Both the position numbers and the translations under genes were made by a program. Of a DNA stretch of 64,000 nucleotides, positions 27,634 through 37,063 are shown in pieces. The stretch is from IMG/VR virus record IMGVR_UViG_3300003771_000090, positions 3,902-67,901 of that record. One strand, written 5' to 3'. Each line of letters opens with the position of its first letter. The stretch's first letter is position 1. The stretch comes from a virus. The notes below the pieces were generated by a model. It made no database searches. It saw only the letters and a list, made by a program, of their open reading frames with translations, and was not told where the DNA came from.

Positions 27634-30600
27634 ATGCCAGCAGCTGCAGCAGCTGCAGTAGCTTCAGCAATCTTTAGTGCAGCAGGTGGTGTTGCGGCCG
27701 GTGCATTTGCTGTGGCTGCTGCAACGATAGCGTACGGCGCCGCGTTCGCGGTGGTATCGCTTGGTATTTCCTTCGCCATTGGCTCCCTCATGGGCGCGGT
27801 GTTCAAGCCCCGCAGTCAGAACGGCTTCTCGGCAGAGGCGCAAGGCCGCTCACAGGTCGTGCGGTCCAATATCCAGCCGCGCAATCTCATCTACGGCCGG
27901 GCCATGACATCTGGCCCTTTGGTGTTTGCGGCAAGCACCGACGAGGGTGACGCCAAGAACCGATACATGCACCTGGTTATCGCGCTGGCAGACCATGAGT
28001 GCGACGCGATCGAGGAAATCTATCTAGGGGAGGATCCGGTCGGGCCGTTGGACGGCAGTGGGTATGTCACGAACAGCAAGTTCATGAAGAACTACGGTCA
28101 GGTGCGTACGGACGTCATGCCCGTGAGCATGGGTGGCGGTGAACAAGCGGTCATCTCGATGCCGTACTTTATCTGGCGCGTGATCTCCGTGGTGGCCAAC
28201 CTTTCGGATGGGTCCTCGCAGGTCGTCAAGGACTTCACTTGGGACGAAAATAGCCCCACGCTTCGGATGCGCGGCATGTCACCCGACACCACGTCTGTCA
28301 CCGTGAACTACGAAACGCGCTATGTACGCGCCTTCGTCAGGGTGAAGAAGCATCTGGGCAGCGCCGACCAGGCCGCCGACAACGATCTGGTTTCCGAGGT
28401 GTCAGACTGGACATATGACCACCGGTTGCAGGGAATTTGCTACATCTACGTCCGCCTGGAATACAACTCGGATCTGTTCCCGAACGGCATTCCGAATGTG
28501 AAGGCGCTGGTGAGAGGCAAGCGGCTCTATGATCCACGTAAGGGGATCACGGCGTTCACGGATAACTGGGCGCTGTGCGTTTACGACTACCTGCGCGACG
28601 AGCGGGGTTTCGGATGCGCTGACTCGGACATCGATCTGCAGTCGGTAGTGACTGCGGCGAACATCAGCGACGAGACTGTTGCCCTGGCAGGCGGCGCTGG
28701 CCAGTTCCGCTATCGCTGCAATGGGGTGGTGATGTCGGACAAGTCGCCACGTGACAACTTGTCGGAGATGGCTTCGGCGGGCGGCGGCCCGATCGTGATC
28801 AGTGGAGGTGTCTTCCGCGTTTTCGCGGGGGCGTACGACATTCCAACGGTCACGCTCACGGAAGATGACCTGCGCGGACCGGTCAAGGTATCACCTCGGA
28901 TCTCCCGCAAGGACCTGTTCAATGTCGTGAAGGGCACTTTCGTTGATCCGTCGAACGCATGGCAGCCTTCGGATTTTTCGGCAGTAAAGAACTCCACCTA
29001 TGCGACGCAGGACGGAGAGGTCATCGAGCGCGACATAGAGCTGCCTTTCACTACGGACGCGATCATGGCCCAGCGCCTGGCCAAGATCATCCTGGAGCGG
29101 TCGCGGCAAGGCATCGTCGTTGACTTCCCGGCGAAGCTGACGGCCTTTCGGCTGATGGCCTACAGCACGGTCTATCTGAAGCTGGACAAGTTCGGTTGGA
29201 CCAATAAGGTCTTCCGTGTCATGTCGTGGAAGATGAGCTCCGATGGCGGCATTGACCTGGTGCTGAACGAGGAAGGCTCAACGGTCTACGACTGGAATTA
29301 CGGAGACGCGACAGTAACAGACCCGGCGCCGGACACCAATCTTCCGGACCCGTACGTGGTGGAAGCGCTCGGCCAGATCAGCATGGATTCTGGCGAGGAT
29401 CAGCTGATTTTGAGCCAGAGCGGCGTGGTGACGTCACGGATTCTTGTGTCATGGCCGCCGGCTCGGGAATCGTCGCTCGCGCAGACTGGCCGAGTGGAGA
29501 TGCAGTACATCCGGGCCGATGGCGGGGATTGGACGCCGCTCGCGCCGCTGACCGCGGACACGACCAGCACCTACATTTCGCCGGTGGACGACGGCAAGCC
29601 GTACGTGGTCAGGGGCCGGTTTGTTTCAGCCCTGGGCGTTCGCAGTCCGGATTGGACTTACTCCGTGGTCCACATCGTAGTCGGGAAGTTGTCGCCGCCG
29701 GCCAACATGACGGGCCTGTCGCTGAATGCCCTGAACGGCATGGCCAATCTGACGTGGGACAGCGCGGTTGATCTGGACGTACGTAATGGCGGCCAGGCAA
29801 GAATTCGGCACACGACGGATCTGGTGCAGCCGAGCTGGGGCAGCGCCATCGACATCGGCGGGTTGATCTCGGGCGCGGCGAACTCGGCACAGTTGCCGCT
29901 GCTGACGGGGGTGTATCTCGGGAAGTGGATCGACTCGACCGGGCACGAGTCACCACAGGCAGACATTGTGATCACCACGGCGCCGTCGCTGGTGGATCTG
30001 AACATTGTCGCAACCGTCGCCGAACATCCGACGTTCGCGGGCGCAAAGACGGACGTGGTGCTGGACCCTGCGCTCAACGGTATCAAGCTCGTCGGTGCTG
30101 GACTGATCGATGATCAGGGGCTGATTGATGCGACAGGGTTGTGGGATACCCAACCTGCTATCGATGGGCTCGGAAAGATCGACGACGTGGTCGGGCAGGG
30201 CGGCTGGGGGCTGATCGACTCTCTCGGTGGTGTCGTTGGAAGTGGGTCTTACGCTTTCGCTCAGTCGCTGGATCTCGGTGTGGTCGAGAAGTCCAGGTTG
30301 ACGGCGACGATAGACGCGGTGTCGTTTGATACCGGCGACATGATCGACTTCCGCACAGATCTCATTGATTCGTGGTTGGACATCGATGGAGCCCTGATTA
30401 ACGACACGTCGGTTGTGCTGTATGTGCGAACCACGGAGGACGACCCCGCCGGCTCGCCCGCCTGGACGGAATGGCAGCGGTTTGCCATGGGTGACTACGA
30501 GGCCCGCGCATTCCAGTGGAAAGTCGACATGGCAAGCGAGTCGGCTACGCACAACGTCGTCGTGACTGGCTTGTCGGTCAGCGTGGATATGCCAGATCGC

Positions 30601-30825
30601 ATCGACTACGCGCGCGGCGTGGTGTCTGCTGCCGGCCCGCAGCTCGTGACGTTTGACCGGGCATTTCGGATCGTGCCAGCCATTGGCGTCACCGCCCAGA
30701 ACATGGCGCAGGGCGACTACTTCACCGTCACCTCGCCAGGCCAGGCCGGATTCACGGTCAACTTCTTCAACGCAGCAGGTACGCCGATCTCCCGCAGATT
30801 CGACTGGGACGCGAAAGGCTATTAA
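27634..30825 (+). CDS. Tail tip / host-specificity protein (J-like)
   Basis: 1063 aa; RNLIYGRA, VRGKRLYDPR, NWALCVYDYL, FnIII-like C-terminal half. Confidence 0.9.
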   Translation: MPAAAAAAVASAIFSAAGGVAAGAFAVAAATIAYGAAFAVVSLGISFAIGSLMGAVFKPRSQNGFSAEAQGRSQVVRSNIQPRNLIYGRAMTSGPLVFAASTDEGDAKNRYMHLVIALADHECDAIEEIYLGEDPVGPLDGSGYVTNSKFMKNYGQVRTDVMPVSMGGGEQAVISMPYFIWRVISVVANLSDGSSQVVKDFTWDENSPTLRMRGMSPDTTSVTVNYETRYVRAFVRVKKHLGSADQAADNDLVSEVSDWTYDHRLQGICYIYVRLEYNSDLFPNGIPNVKALVRGKRLYDPRKGITAFTDNWALCVYDYLRDERGFGCADSDIDLQSVVTAANISDETVALAGGAGQFRYRCNGVVMSDKSPRDNLSEMASAGGGPIVISGGVFRVFAGAYDIPTVTLTEDDLRGPVKVSPRISRKDLFNVVKGTFVDPSNAWQPSDFSAVKNSTYATQDGEVIERDIELPFTTDAIMAQRLAKIILERSRQGIVVDFPAKLTAFRLMAYSTVYLKLDKFGWTNKVFRVMSWKMSSDGGIDLVLNEEGSTVYDWNYGDATVTDPAPDTNLPDPYVVEALGQISMDSGEDQLILSQSGVVTSRILVSWPPARESSLAQTGRVEMQYIRADGGDWTPLAPLTADTTSTYISPVDDGKPYVVRGRFVSALGVRSPDWTYSVVHIVVGKLSPPANMTGLSLNALNGMANLTWDSAVDLDVRNGGQARIRHTTDLVQPSWGSAIDIGGLISGAANSAQLPLLTGVYLGKWIDSTGHESPQADIVITTAPSLVDLNIVATVAEHPTFAGAKTDVVLDPALNGIKLVGAGLIDDQGLIDATGLWDTQPAIDGLGKIDDVVGQGGWGLIDSLGGVVGSGSYAFAQSLDLGVVEKSRLTATIDAVSFDTGDMIDFRTDLIDSWLDIDGALINDTSVVLYVRTTEDDPAGSPAWTEWQRFAMGDYEARAFQWKVDMASESATHNVVVTGLSVSVDMPDRIDYARGVVSAAGPQLVTFDRAFRIVPAIGVTAQNMAQGDYFTVTSPGQAGFTVNFFNAAGTPISRRFDWDAKGY

Positions 30826-30840
30826 CGAGAGAGGAAAAGC

Positions 30841-31485
30841 ATGTCTCAACATGACATGGACATTGCCAACCAGTCTGGGGCCAGCTTCCGCGCTGACCTG
30901 AATCTGGCGTTGCAGGCGCTGGCTGGCAACAGTTCTGGCACGTCTGCCCCAACGGCGACGTTCCCGTATCAATTCTGGGCGGACTCCAGTGCAGGCGTTC
31001 TGAAGATGCGCAATGCAGCGAACACCGCGTGGATCTCGCTCGGTCTGCTCGGCGTCGCCAACCTTGGGCACATCCTTCCCGGCGCGATCGTTTATCACGG
31101 GAAGAACGCCGCGCCGGCAGGCTACCTGAAGTGCAACGGTGGCGCAGTCTCCAGGGCGACATATTCTGACCTTTTCGCTGAGATTGGCATTACGTTCGGC
31201 GCGGGCGACGGTTCTACCACGTTCAACGTTCCGGAACTGAGAGGCGAGTTCATCCGGGTGTGGGACGACAGTCGAGGCATCGACGCCGGGCGCACGTTTG
31301 GTAGCGCGCAGGCTGACGATTTCAAATCTCACTTTCACAACTGGGGTGCGAATAACTTGACTCAAACGTCTGTGGGCGCTGGTATGCCCGGGTTTAGTGG
31401 AACGCCGGCTGGTCAAACTAGTTCCACCGGAGGCACGGAAACCCGTCCCCGAAATATCGCGTTGCTGGCCTGCATCAAGTACTAG
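30841..31485 (+). CDS. Side tail fibre with collar domain
   Basis: APAGYLKCNG, FNVPELRGEFIR, ETRPRNIALLACIKY. Confidence 0.9.
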   Translation: MSQHDMDIANQSGASFRADLNLALQALAGNSSGTSAPTATFPYQFWADSSAGVLKMRNAANTAWISLGLLGVANLGHILPGAIVYHGKNAAPAGYLKCNGGAVSRATYSDLFAEIGITFGAGDGSTTFNVPELRGEFIRVWDDSRGIDAGRTFGSAQADDFKSHFHNWGANNLTQTSVGAGMPGFSGTPAGQTSSTGGTETRPRNIALLACIKY

Positions 31486-31494
31486 AGGGATCCC

Positions 31495-32097
31495 ATGGAC
31501 ATCTACAACTACCACCCATTGACAGGTGAATATCTGGGCACCGGTCGTGCGGACGACAACCCGCTGGAGCCGGACAACCCGATTGTGAGCGGTTGGGCGA
31601 CAAAGCTGGCACCTCCGGACGCGTCAACTGGGAGGGTAGCGGTCTACCGGACGCCGTCCGGGATCGCACCGCAGAACTGGCCGGACGGCGCATGGACGTT
31701 GGTGCCTGACTATCGCAGCACGCCTCTGTTCCGTACGGCAGACGGCTCGGCATTCGAGTTGGGGCCGGAATACAACGGTATCGGCGACCTGCTGCCGTTC
31801 CTGACGGACGAGCCGCGCCCGTCCCCTGCTCACGTCTGGCAGAACGACGAATGGGCGCTTGACCAAGCACTGGAGACCTCGCAGCTGACGGCGGCTGCCG
31901 GGGCGAAGCGTGACGCGCTGCTCGTAGAAGCCGATGCGGAAATGCAGCCGCTGATCGATAGCTTCTTCCTCGGCGAGAACACGCCGGGGGAAGACGTCAA
32001 GCGCATTGCGCTGAGTCAATACCGTAAGGCGTTGCGCGCGATCACGTCGCAGCCCGGATTCCCGCGCACCATCAACTGGCCGGTGAAGCCGGCGTAA
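31495..32097 (+). CDS. Tail fibre assembly chaperone (Tfa-like)
   Basis: IYNYHPLTGEYLG, W.LVPDYR, YRKALRAI...WPVKP. Confidence 0.9.
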   Translation: MDIYNYHPLTGEYLGTGRADDNPLEPDNPIVSGWATKLAPPDASTGRVAVYRTPSGIAPQNWPDGAWTLVPDYRSTPLFRTADGSAFELGPEYNGIGDLLPFLTDEPRPSPAHVWQNDEWALDQALETSQLTAAAGAKRDALLVEADAEMQPLIDSFFLGENTPGEDVKRIALSQYRKALRAITSQPGFPRTINWPVKPA

Positions 32098-32119
32098 CCG
32101 CCAGTCGCAGTGCTCCCAA

Positions 32120-32144
32120 CGGCCGCCTTAGAGCGGCCTTTTTT
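32120..32144 (+). terminator. Rho-independent terminator
   Basis: GGCCGC-CTTAGA-GCGGCC-TTTTTT. Confidence 0.75.
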
Positions 32145-32161
32145 AATTCTGGAGTTTGCAA

Positions 32162-32575
32162 ATGGCATCGAACTTGAAGTACTCGGCTGCTCTGAAGAAC
32201 GCCCAACAGAACGCGATCACGTCAACCCTTGGTGCGAATGCGGTACTCGATCTCTATAGCGGGTCGCAGCCGGCGAGCCCAGACACTGCCGTCTCCTCGC
32301 AGGTACTGTTGGCGTCCCTGACCTGTAACGCGACGTTCGCGCCGGCGGCCTCGGGTGGCGTGCTCACTCTTAACGCCATCTCCAACGGAACCGGCACGGC
32401 TGGCGCTGGCGCTGGCACCGTCGCCACCTGGTATCGGCTCCGCACGTCCGGCGGAACGGCCCATATCGACGGTACCGTCGGTATCTCAGGCGCCGACCTG
32501 AACATCAACAACACCAACATCGCGACCGGGCAGACGGTCAGCGTGACATCCAGCACCTACACCAACGCCAACTAA
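32162..32575 (+). CDS. Putative virion structural protein (accessory fibre module)
   Basis: YSGSQPASPD...ATWYRL...DGTVG...DLNINNTNI; Ser/Thr/Ala/Gly-rich. Confidence 0.75.
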   Translation: MASNLKYSAALKNAQQNAITSTLGANAVLDLYSGSQPASPDTAVSSQVLLASLTCNATFAPAASGGVLTLNAISNGTGTAGAGAGTVATWYRLRTSGGTAHIDGTVGISGADLNINNTNIATGQTVSVTSSTYTNAN

Positions 32576-32587
32576 AGGTAGTCCATC

Positions 32588-34174
32588 GTGCCGACTATCG
32601 TCTTAACTAGCGGCACCTCTTGGACAGTCCCGCCGGACTGGACCAACATCAACACCGTGCGCTCGCACGGGGCAGGCGGTGGGGGCGGAGGCGCCAACGG
32701 TGCCAGCGGCCACGCCGGCGGCGGCGGTGGCGGCGGCGCCTTCTCGGAGATCGCCAACCTGGCGCTAACGCCGGGGCAGGCCGTCACCTACCAGATCGGC
32801 GCCGGCGGCGCGGGCGGGGCGGCGGCCGACGGTAACGGCGGCACCGGCGGCGATACCTGGTTCAACGGCACCACGCTCGCGGGCGCGTCCTGTAGCGCTA
32901 AGGGCGGATCCGGCGGATCCGGCGGTGCTGCGGGTGCGGCAGGCGCGGGCGGCACCACGGCCGGGGTCGGCACGACCAAATTTGCAGGTGGCGCGGGCGG
33001 CTCGGCGGTCACCAGCCCGTCGGGGGCCGGTGCAGGTGGCGGCGGCGCCGGTGGGCCGAATGGCGCCGGGCTAGCGGGCGCCGGCATCAGTAGTACGAAC
33101 GGCGGAGCTGGCGGAGCTGGGAATAATGGCAGCGGCGGCGCGGGCGGTACGGCCAGCGCGAATGCTGGGGCAGTTGGCGCTGCCAACGTCAACGGCGGTG
33201 GGGGTGGCGCTGGCGGCGGGGCGGGCACGCCGGAAACCGGCGGCGCGGGGGGTGCGCCAGGCGGAGGCGGCGGCGGGGCTGGGGGAGCTTCTGGTAATAA
33301 CCAGGGCGGAAAGGGCGGTGATGGGCAGATTGTCATCACATATACCGCCGCATCAGGAAGCACTGGCACTGCGGCATCCACGCAGACGACGAACTCTGGC
33401 GCCTCATCGGGATCGGTGAGCATCGCCGGAACGGCTTCGTCGGCTCAGCGCGGTAACGCAGCGGCGGACTCCGGATCCGTCGGAGTTGCCGGCGCGGGCG
33501 CGGCGGCAGAGTCGAACGACGTAGGCTCGGCAGCAGGCGCGGTTGGCATTGCAGGCGCAGGCGCCGTCACCGAGAACAAGGACGCAGCCTCGGGCGGCGG
33601 ATCAGTGGCGGTTTCTGGCTCTGCGGCCGCCACGCAATTAGCGCAGGGAGCAGCTTCCAGCGGGGCAGTAGTGGCGTCGGGCGCCTCGGCGATCGCGCAG
33701 CGGCCGAACACTGGCATCGCATCTGGGGCCGCCGCAACTTCTGGCACTGGGGCCGCCGCTCAGTCACCGAATGCGGCGAACACTACAGGGGCGATCGGAA
33801 ACGTATCGCAAGGCAGCGCAGCCAGTACTCAGGCTAGGAACGTCGCCTCAGCATCCGGTGGCGTTTCAGTTTCCGGGGCGGCCGGCGCAGTCCAGGCGAG
33901 AGGCGCGGCATCGGCAGTGGCGGCAAGTTCCGTCTCTGGTGTAGCCGCGAGCAGCCAGCAAGCAGACATAGCAAGCGCGACTGGTCGCGTCGACGGCGGT
34001 ATCGAGCCCGATCCCATCGTTATCACCGTCTTCGCAGAAACGCGCGCCATCTCCGTCCTGTCCGAGATTCGGTCGGTATCCATGACCGCCGAGGCCCGGC
34101 TCGTCAGCATCCAAGCGGAATCGTGCGTGGCAATCGTTGGCCACGAACTCCGCGTCTTGGAGATCCCATCATGA
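32588..34174 (+). CDS. Gly/Ala/Ser-rich putative accessory fibre protein
   Basis: 528 aa: TSGTSWTVP start, Gly-rich block ending GDGQIVITY, then an A/S/G repeat stalk. Confidence 0.8.
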   Translation: MPTIVLTSGTSWTVPPDWTNINTVRSHGAGGGGGGANGASGHAGGGGGGGAFSEIANLALTPGQAVTYQIGAGGAGGAAADGNGGTGGDTWFNGTTLAGASCSAKGGSGGSGGAAGAAGAGGTTAGVGTTKFAGGAGGSAVTSPSGAGAGGGGAGGPNGAGLAGAGISSTNGGAGGAGNNGSGGAGGTASANAGAVGAANVNGGGGGAGGGAGTPETGGAGGAPGGGGGGAGGASGNNQGGKGGDGQIVITYTAASGSTGTAASTQTTNSGASSGSVSIAGTASSAQRGNAAADSGSVGVAGAGAAAESNDVGSAAGAVGIAGAGAVTENKDAASGGGSVAVSGSAAATQLAQGAASSGAVVASGASAIAQRPNTGIASGAAATSGTGAAAQSPNAANTTGAIGNVSQGSAASTQARNVASASGGVSVSGAAGAVQARGAASAVAASSVSGVAASSQQADIASATGRVDGGIEPDPIVITVFAETRAISVLSEIRSVSMTAEARLVSIQAESCVAIVGHELRVLEIPS

Positions 34175-34458
34175 CCGCTGCATTCCCGCCGAAAGACCCG
34201 GCCGCCGTGCTCGATTACGCGTTCGACTGGTCGGCGTGGCTGGCCGAAGGGGAGACGATCACGGGCACGCCAGTGATCGCGGCAGCTGGCCTGACCATCA
34301 ATCCTGAAGGTAAGCAGACCTCCGTGCAGGCCGGAAAGGTCGTCTTCTGGTTGGGTAGCGGTATCGCGGAGACCTTCTATGACGTGTCCTGCCAGATCAC
34401 TACATCCAGCGGCCGAACGGATCGACGAACCGCCCAGTTGCGCGTCGCCGCGCGCTGA
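34171..34458 (+). CDS. Putative fibre adaptor protein
   Basis: KDPAAVLDYAFDWSAWL...ITTSSGRTDRRT. Confidence 0.75.
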   Translation: MTAAFPPKDPAAVLDYAFDWSAWLAEGETITGTPVIAAAGLTINPEGKQTSVQAGKVVFWLGSGIAETFYDVSCQITTSSGRTDRRTAQLRVAAR

Positions 34459-34462
34459 TTCC

Positions 34463-34486
34463 AGCCACCTTCGGGTGGCTTTTTTA
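34463..34486 (+). terminator. Rho-independent terminator
   Basis: GCCACC-TTCG-GGTGGC-TTTTT. Confidence 0.85.
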
Positions 34487-34500
34487 TTGGAGCAGGTCCC

Positions 34501-34746
34501 ATGCAACTCATCGAAGACTGGAAGAAGCAATTCCCCAAGCTCTGGAGCGTGCGTCTCTCGCTGCTGGCCGGCGTGATGTCGAGCGCGGAAGCGGGCCTTG
34601 AGCTGTATTTCACTGGCCGTCCGGCACTGGTGTCCCTGGCTGCAGCACTCGTGTCGTTCGGTGCGGCATTCGCCCGCGTTGTTTCGCAGCCGGACCTGCA
34701 GGCCATCCTGCAGGAGATCCAGGACGCACGGAAGTCTGACGAATGA
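34501..34746 (+). CDS. Holin
   Basis: LIEDWKK...WSVR, two hydrophobic segments, ARVVSQP; precedes endolysin. Confidence 0.8.
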   Translation: MQLIEDWKKQFPKLWSVRLSLLAGVMSSAEAGLELYFTGRPALVSLAAALVSFGAAFARVVSQPDLQAILQEIQDARKSDE

Positions 34747-35222
34747 AGCCAGCGGCCAAGCGAACCCTGCAGGCGTCCGTCGGCGCCAGCGCTGCGGCTC
34801 TCCTGCTGTCGTACGTCCCGAAGTTCGAAGGTGTTGTGCTACGCGGCTACAAGGACCCGATCGGCATCGTGACGGCATGCGCCGGCCATACCAAGACCGC
34901 CGTGCTGGGCCGCCCTTACACACCAGGCGAATGCTCGTCGCTGCTCGATAGCGACCTGGTTGAGCATGCAGACGGCGTGCTGGCCTGCACACCGGGGCTG
35001 AAGGGCCAGACCTACCGGCTCGCTGCAGCGACGAGCTTCGCGTTCAACGTGGGGGTGGCGGCCTACTGCAAGTCGTCCATGGCCCGAAAGTTCAATGCCG
35101 GCGACTACGCCGGCGCGTGCGCCGAGTTCTCGCGGTGGGTCTACGCCGGCGGCCGGCAGTTGCCAGGCCTGGTGAAGCGTCGGGAGACTGAGCGCGCTAT
35201 GTGCGAGGGGAGGATCTCATGA
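34743..35222 (+). CDS. Endolysin (GH24 lysozyme, possible SAR)
   Basis: FEG-x8-D-x5-T (FEGVVLRGYKDPIGIVTAC), FAFNVG, GLVKRRETE. Confidence 0.95.
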   Translation: MKPAAKRTLQASVGASAAALLLSYVPKFEGVVLRGYKDPIGIVTACAGHTKTAVLGRPYTPGECSSLLDSDLVEHADGVLACTPGLKGQTYRLAAATSFAFNVGVAAYCKSSMARKFNAGDYAGACAEFSRWVYAGGRQLPGLVKRRETERAMCEGRIS

Positions 35223-35647
35223 ATCCATTGGCCAGGATCGGGGCGGGCGTAGTAGCCGCCGCGCTCGCCGTGGCGCTGCTGGTTGCCGGGGTGCTCGTCT
35301 GGCGCAAGGACGTGTACCAACGTGGCTTCAGTGCCGGACAGGCGGAGATCAAGGCCGCCATCGACGCGCGCAACAAGGAAGTGGCTCGGCTGAACAAGCA
35401 GCTCGTGGACAAAGACCAGGAAGTCATCGCGGCCAAAGAGGAGGACCGCGAAAAGATCGTCACCATCTACCGGACCATCCGGGAACAAGTGGAGCCCCAA
35501 ATTGTTGAAAAGCCCGTGTTTCGTGATTGCCGCGTTGGCTCTGGCGTCCTGCGCAGCCTCGTCGCCGCCGCCGAGGGCAGAGTGCCAACCGATCCCGGCC
35601 AGCCTGCGGAAGCCGCCTCCGGAAAAGCTCCCGGCGCCAGCCGATGA
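35219..35647 (+). CDS. Rz: i-spanin
   Basis: N-terminal TM segment plus coiled coil after endolysin. Confidence 0.85.
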   Translation: MNPLARIGAGVVAAALAVALLVAGVLVWRKDVYQRGFSAGQAEIKAAIDARNKEVARLNKQLVDKDQEVIAAKEEDREKIVTIYRTIREQVEPQIVEKPVFRDCRVGSGVLRSLVAAAEGRVPTDPGQPAEAASGKAPGASR

Positions 35648-35771
35648 CAGCATGGGGGCGGTGGTCCGCGCGTACGTCGCGGCGGCCGAGATCTATCACA
35701 ACTTCCGTCGCGACTGGGTTGCACTGGACTCCGCGATCACAGCCAGGGAGGGCTGCTATGCAGGGGAATGA
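35502..35771 (+). CDS. Rz1: o-spanin lipoprotein (overlapping Rz)
   Basis: Lipobox LAS-C, Pro-rich, alternative frame inside the Rz 3' end. Confidence 0.8.
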   Translation: MLKSPCFVIAALALASCAASSPPPRAECQPIPASLRKPPPEKLPAPADDSMGAVVRAYVAAAEIYHNFRRDWVALDSAITAREGCYAGE

Positions 35772-36060
35772 GCATCTGCCAGTGCGAATGGAGAGACCCA
35801 CGATCCCGTTCTGGGGGCTGCTGGTGGCGCTGGTAGCCACCATGGCCGCCTACTTCGGCCAGCGGGAGGCCACGAACTCGGCGCTGATCGAGATCAAGAC
35901 CGAGATGGTGGCCATGAAGAAGACCATTGAGCGGATGGAGTCTGACCGCTACACGGCCGCCGATGCCAGAAGGGACTTTGCCTGGCGTGACGAGCGGGCG
36001 GCGGAGCAGGGAAAGCGGCTGGCGGACATCGAGCAGGAGGTGAGGGCGCGCCGTCGGTAG
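35758..36060 (+). CDS. Membrane-anchored coiled-coil protein
   Basis: IPFWGLLVALVATMAAYFG TM segment followed by coiled coil. Confidence 0.7.
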   Translation: MQGNEHLPVRMERPTIPFWGLLVALVATMAAYFGQREATNSALIEIKTEMVAMKKTIERMESDRYTAADARRDFAWRDERAAEQGKRLADIEQEVRARRR

Positions 36061-36063
36061 CCA

Positions 36064-36444
36064 TCAGCTACGCTCTTCGTATTTAACCGGGTCGGGCAGT
36101 GGCACGGGCTTGTACGTCGTGCAGCCCTTGTTGTAAGCAGCCAGCTCGAGATCGTAGGTGCGGCGATACGCGCTATCGATGGCGGCGGAGTGCGCCATCG
36201 AGTTTCCGATTCCAAGGTCGCCGAAGGCCGCCAGGATGTCCCGGCCGTCAAACTGATTTTCCTTGTTGGCCTGCTGCATGAAGCCGATCACCTTCGCCTT
36301 CTCCAGGTCAATCTCGCGGCAGCTGAGGTTCTGGCGCTCGAAATCGGTAAGGGCGGGCTGGGTGCCGAAATTCTTGGTGGCGCAGCCGGACAAGCCAGCG
36401 GCGGTCAATGCAACGGCGCACAGGGCGGCGAAGGTCAGCTTCAC
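36064..36444 (-). CDS. Moron lipoprotein (126 aa, GTG start)
   Basis: VKLTFAALCAVALTAAGLSG-C lipobox; GGAGA SD; opposite strand to the lysis genes. Confidence 0.8.
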   Translation of the reverse strand: MKLTFAALCAVALTAAGLSGCATKNFGTQPALTDFERQNLSCREIDLEKAKVIGFMQQANKENQFDGRDILAAFGDLGIGNSMAHSAAIDSAYRRTYDLELAAYNKGCTTYKPVPLPDPVKYEERS

Positions 36445-36548
36445 GGTGGTTCTCCGGAGTCGGCCAGGTGGCCAACGGGATTGTATCCACGGCGCCGATG
36501 CTCGGACAGTCACCCCGAGGAGGGAGGCAGAGGCGTCTGCCACGCCGG

Positions 36549-36580
36549 CAAAAAAAAAGCCACGGCCGGGTGGTCGTGGC
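36549..36580 (-). terminator. Terminator after the LexA-box gene
   Basis: Minus strand GCCACG-ACCACCCGGC-CGTGGC-TTTTTTTT. Confidence 0.75.
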
Positions 36581-36666
36581 GCGAAGTGAATGAACGAAGT
36601 AGTGCCGGTTTCCCAGCGGGGCAGAGGATGGCACGCTGCGGGCGGCGGCGCCATCACCCGAACGGG

Positions 36667-37053
36667 TCAATCCTTGCGCGGCAGGGTGGCCCGGACCTTT
36701 TCCAGTACCCGCCGGTGCTTGTCCTCCGCCTCTTCCCATGTCTCCGATTCAAAGGACTTGCTTAGGCAGCCGCTGATCGTCGTCAGGAACATGGGCGGCT
36801 TGTCGTCCTTCAGGCTGGCCCAGCCCGAGAAGTAGGTCCAGACGTCGACAGCGTAAGCCGGCAGGATGTCTTTGATCTGCCAGGCCTTGCCCTCGCAGCA
36901 CTGCCACATGGAATGCTCGGTGTAGTCGTAGCACCGGACCGGCCGGCCGGCGTCGTCCAGGGTGTAGTAGCGGTCGTAGTCCGGGAGGATCGGGTTGACA
37001 GGCAGACCGCCTGGCGGGACGGGTGGGCGAGGCTTGGGAGCAAGGCGCGGCAT
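36667..37053 (-). CDS. Hypothetical protein under a LexA box
   Basis: 128 aa, RYYTLDDAGRPV...VWTYFSG...PPMFLT...ETWEEAEDKH. Confidence 0.8.
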   Translation of the reverse strand: MPRLAPKPRPPVPPGGLPVNPILPDYDRYYTLDDAGRPVRCYDYTEHSMWQCCEGKAWQIKDILPAYAVDVWTYFSGWASLKDDKPPMFLTTISGCLSKSFESETWEEAEDKHRRVLEKVRATLPRKD

Positions 37054-37063
37054 GGCGAAGTGA

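Noticed and set aside
29950-31515. 521-aa minus-strand ORF
   Set aside because: Shadow of the J and fibre genes; no motif.
32788-33423. Pro-rich minus-strand ORF
   Set aside because: Antisense reading of GGC-rich codons.
27634-34174. Diversity-generating retroelement targeting tail fibres
   Set aside because: No reverse transcriptase and no TR/VR pair differing at adenines were seen.
32588-34174. PE-PGRS or collagen assignment
   Set aside because: No PE domain and no G-X-Y periodicity; context indicates a phage accessory fibre.
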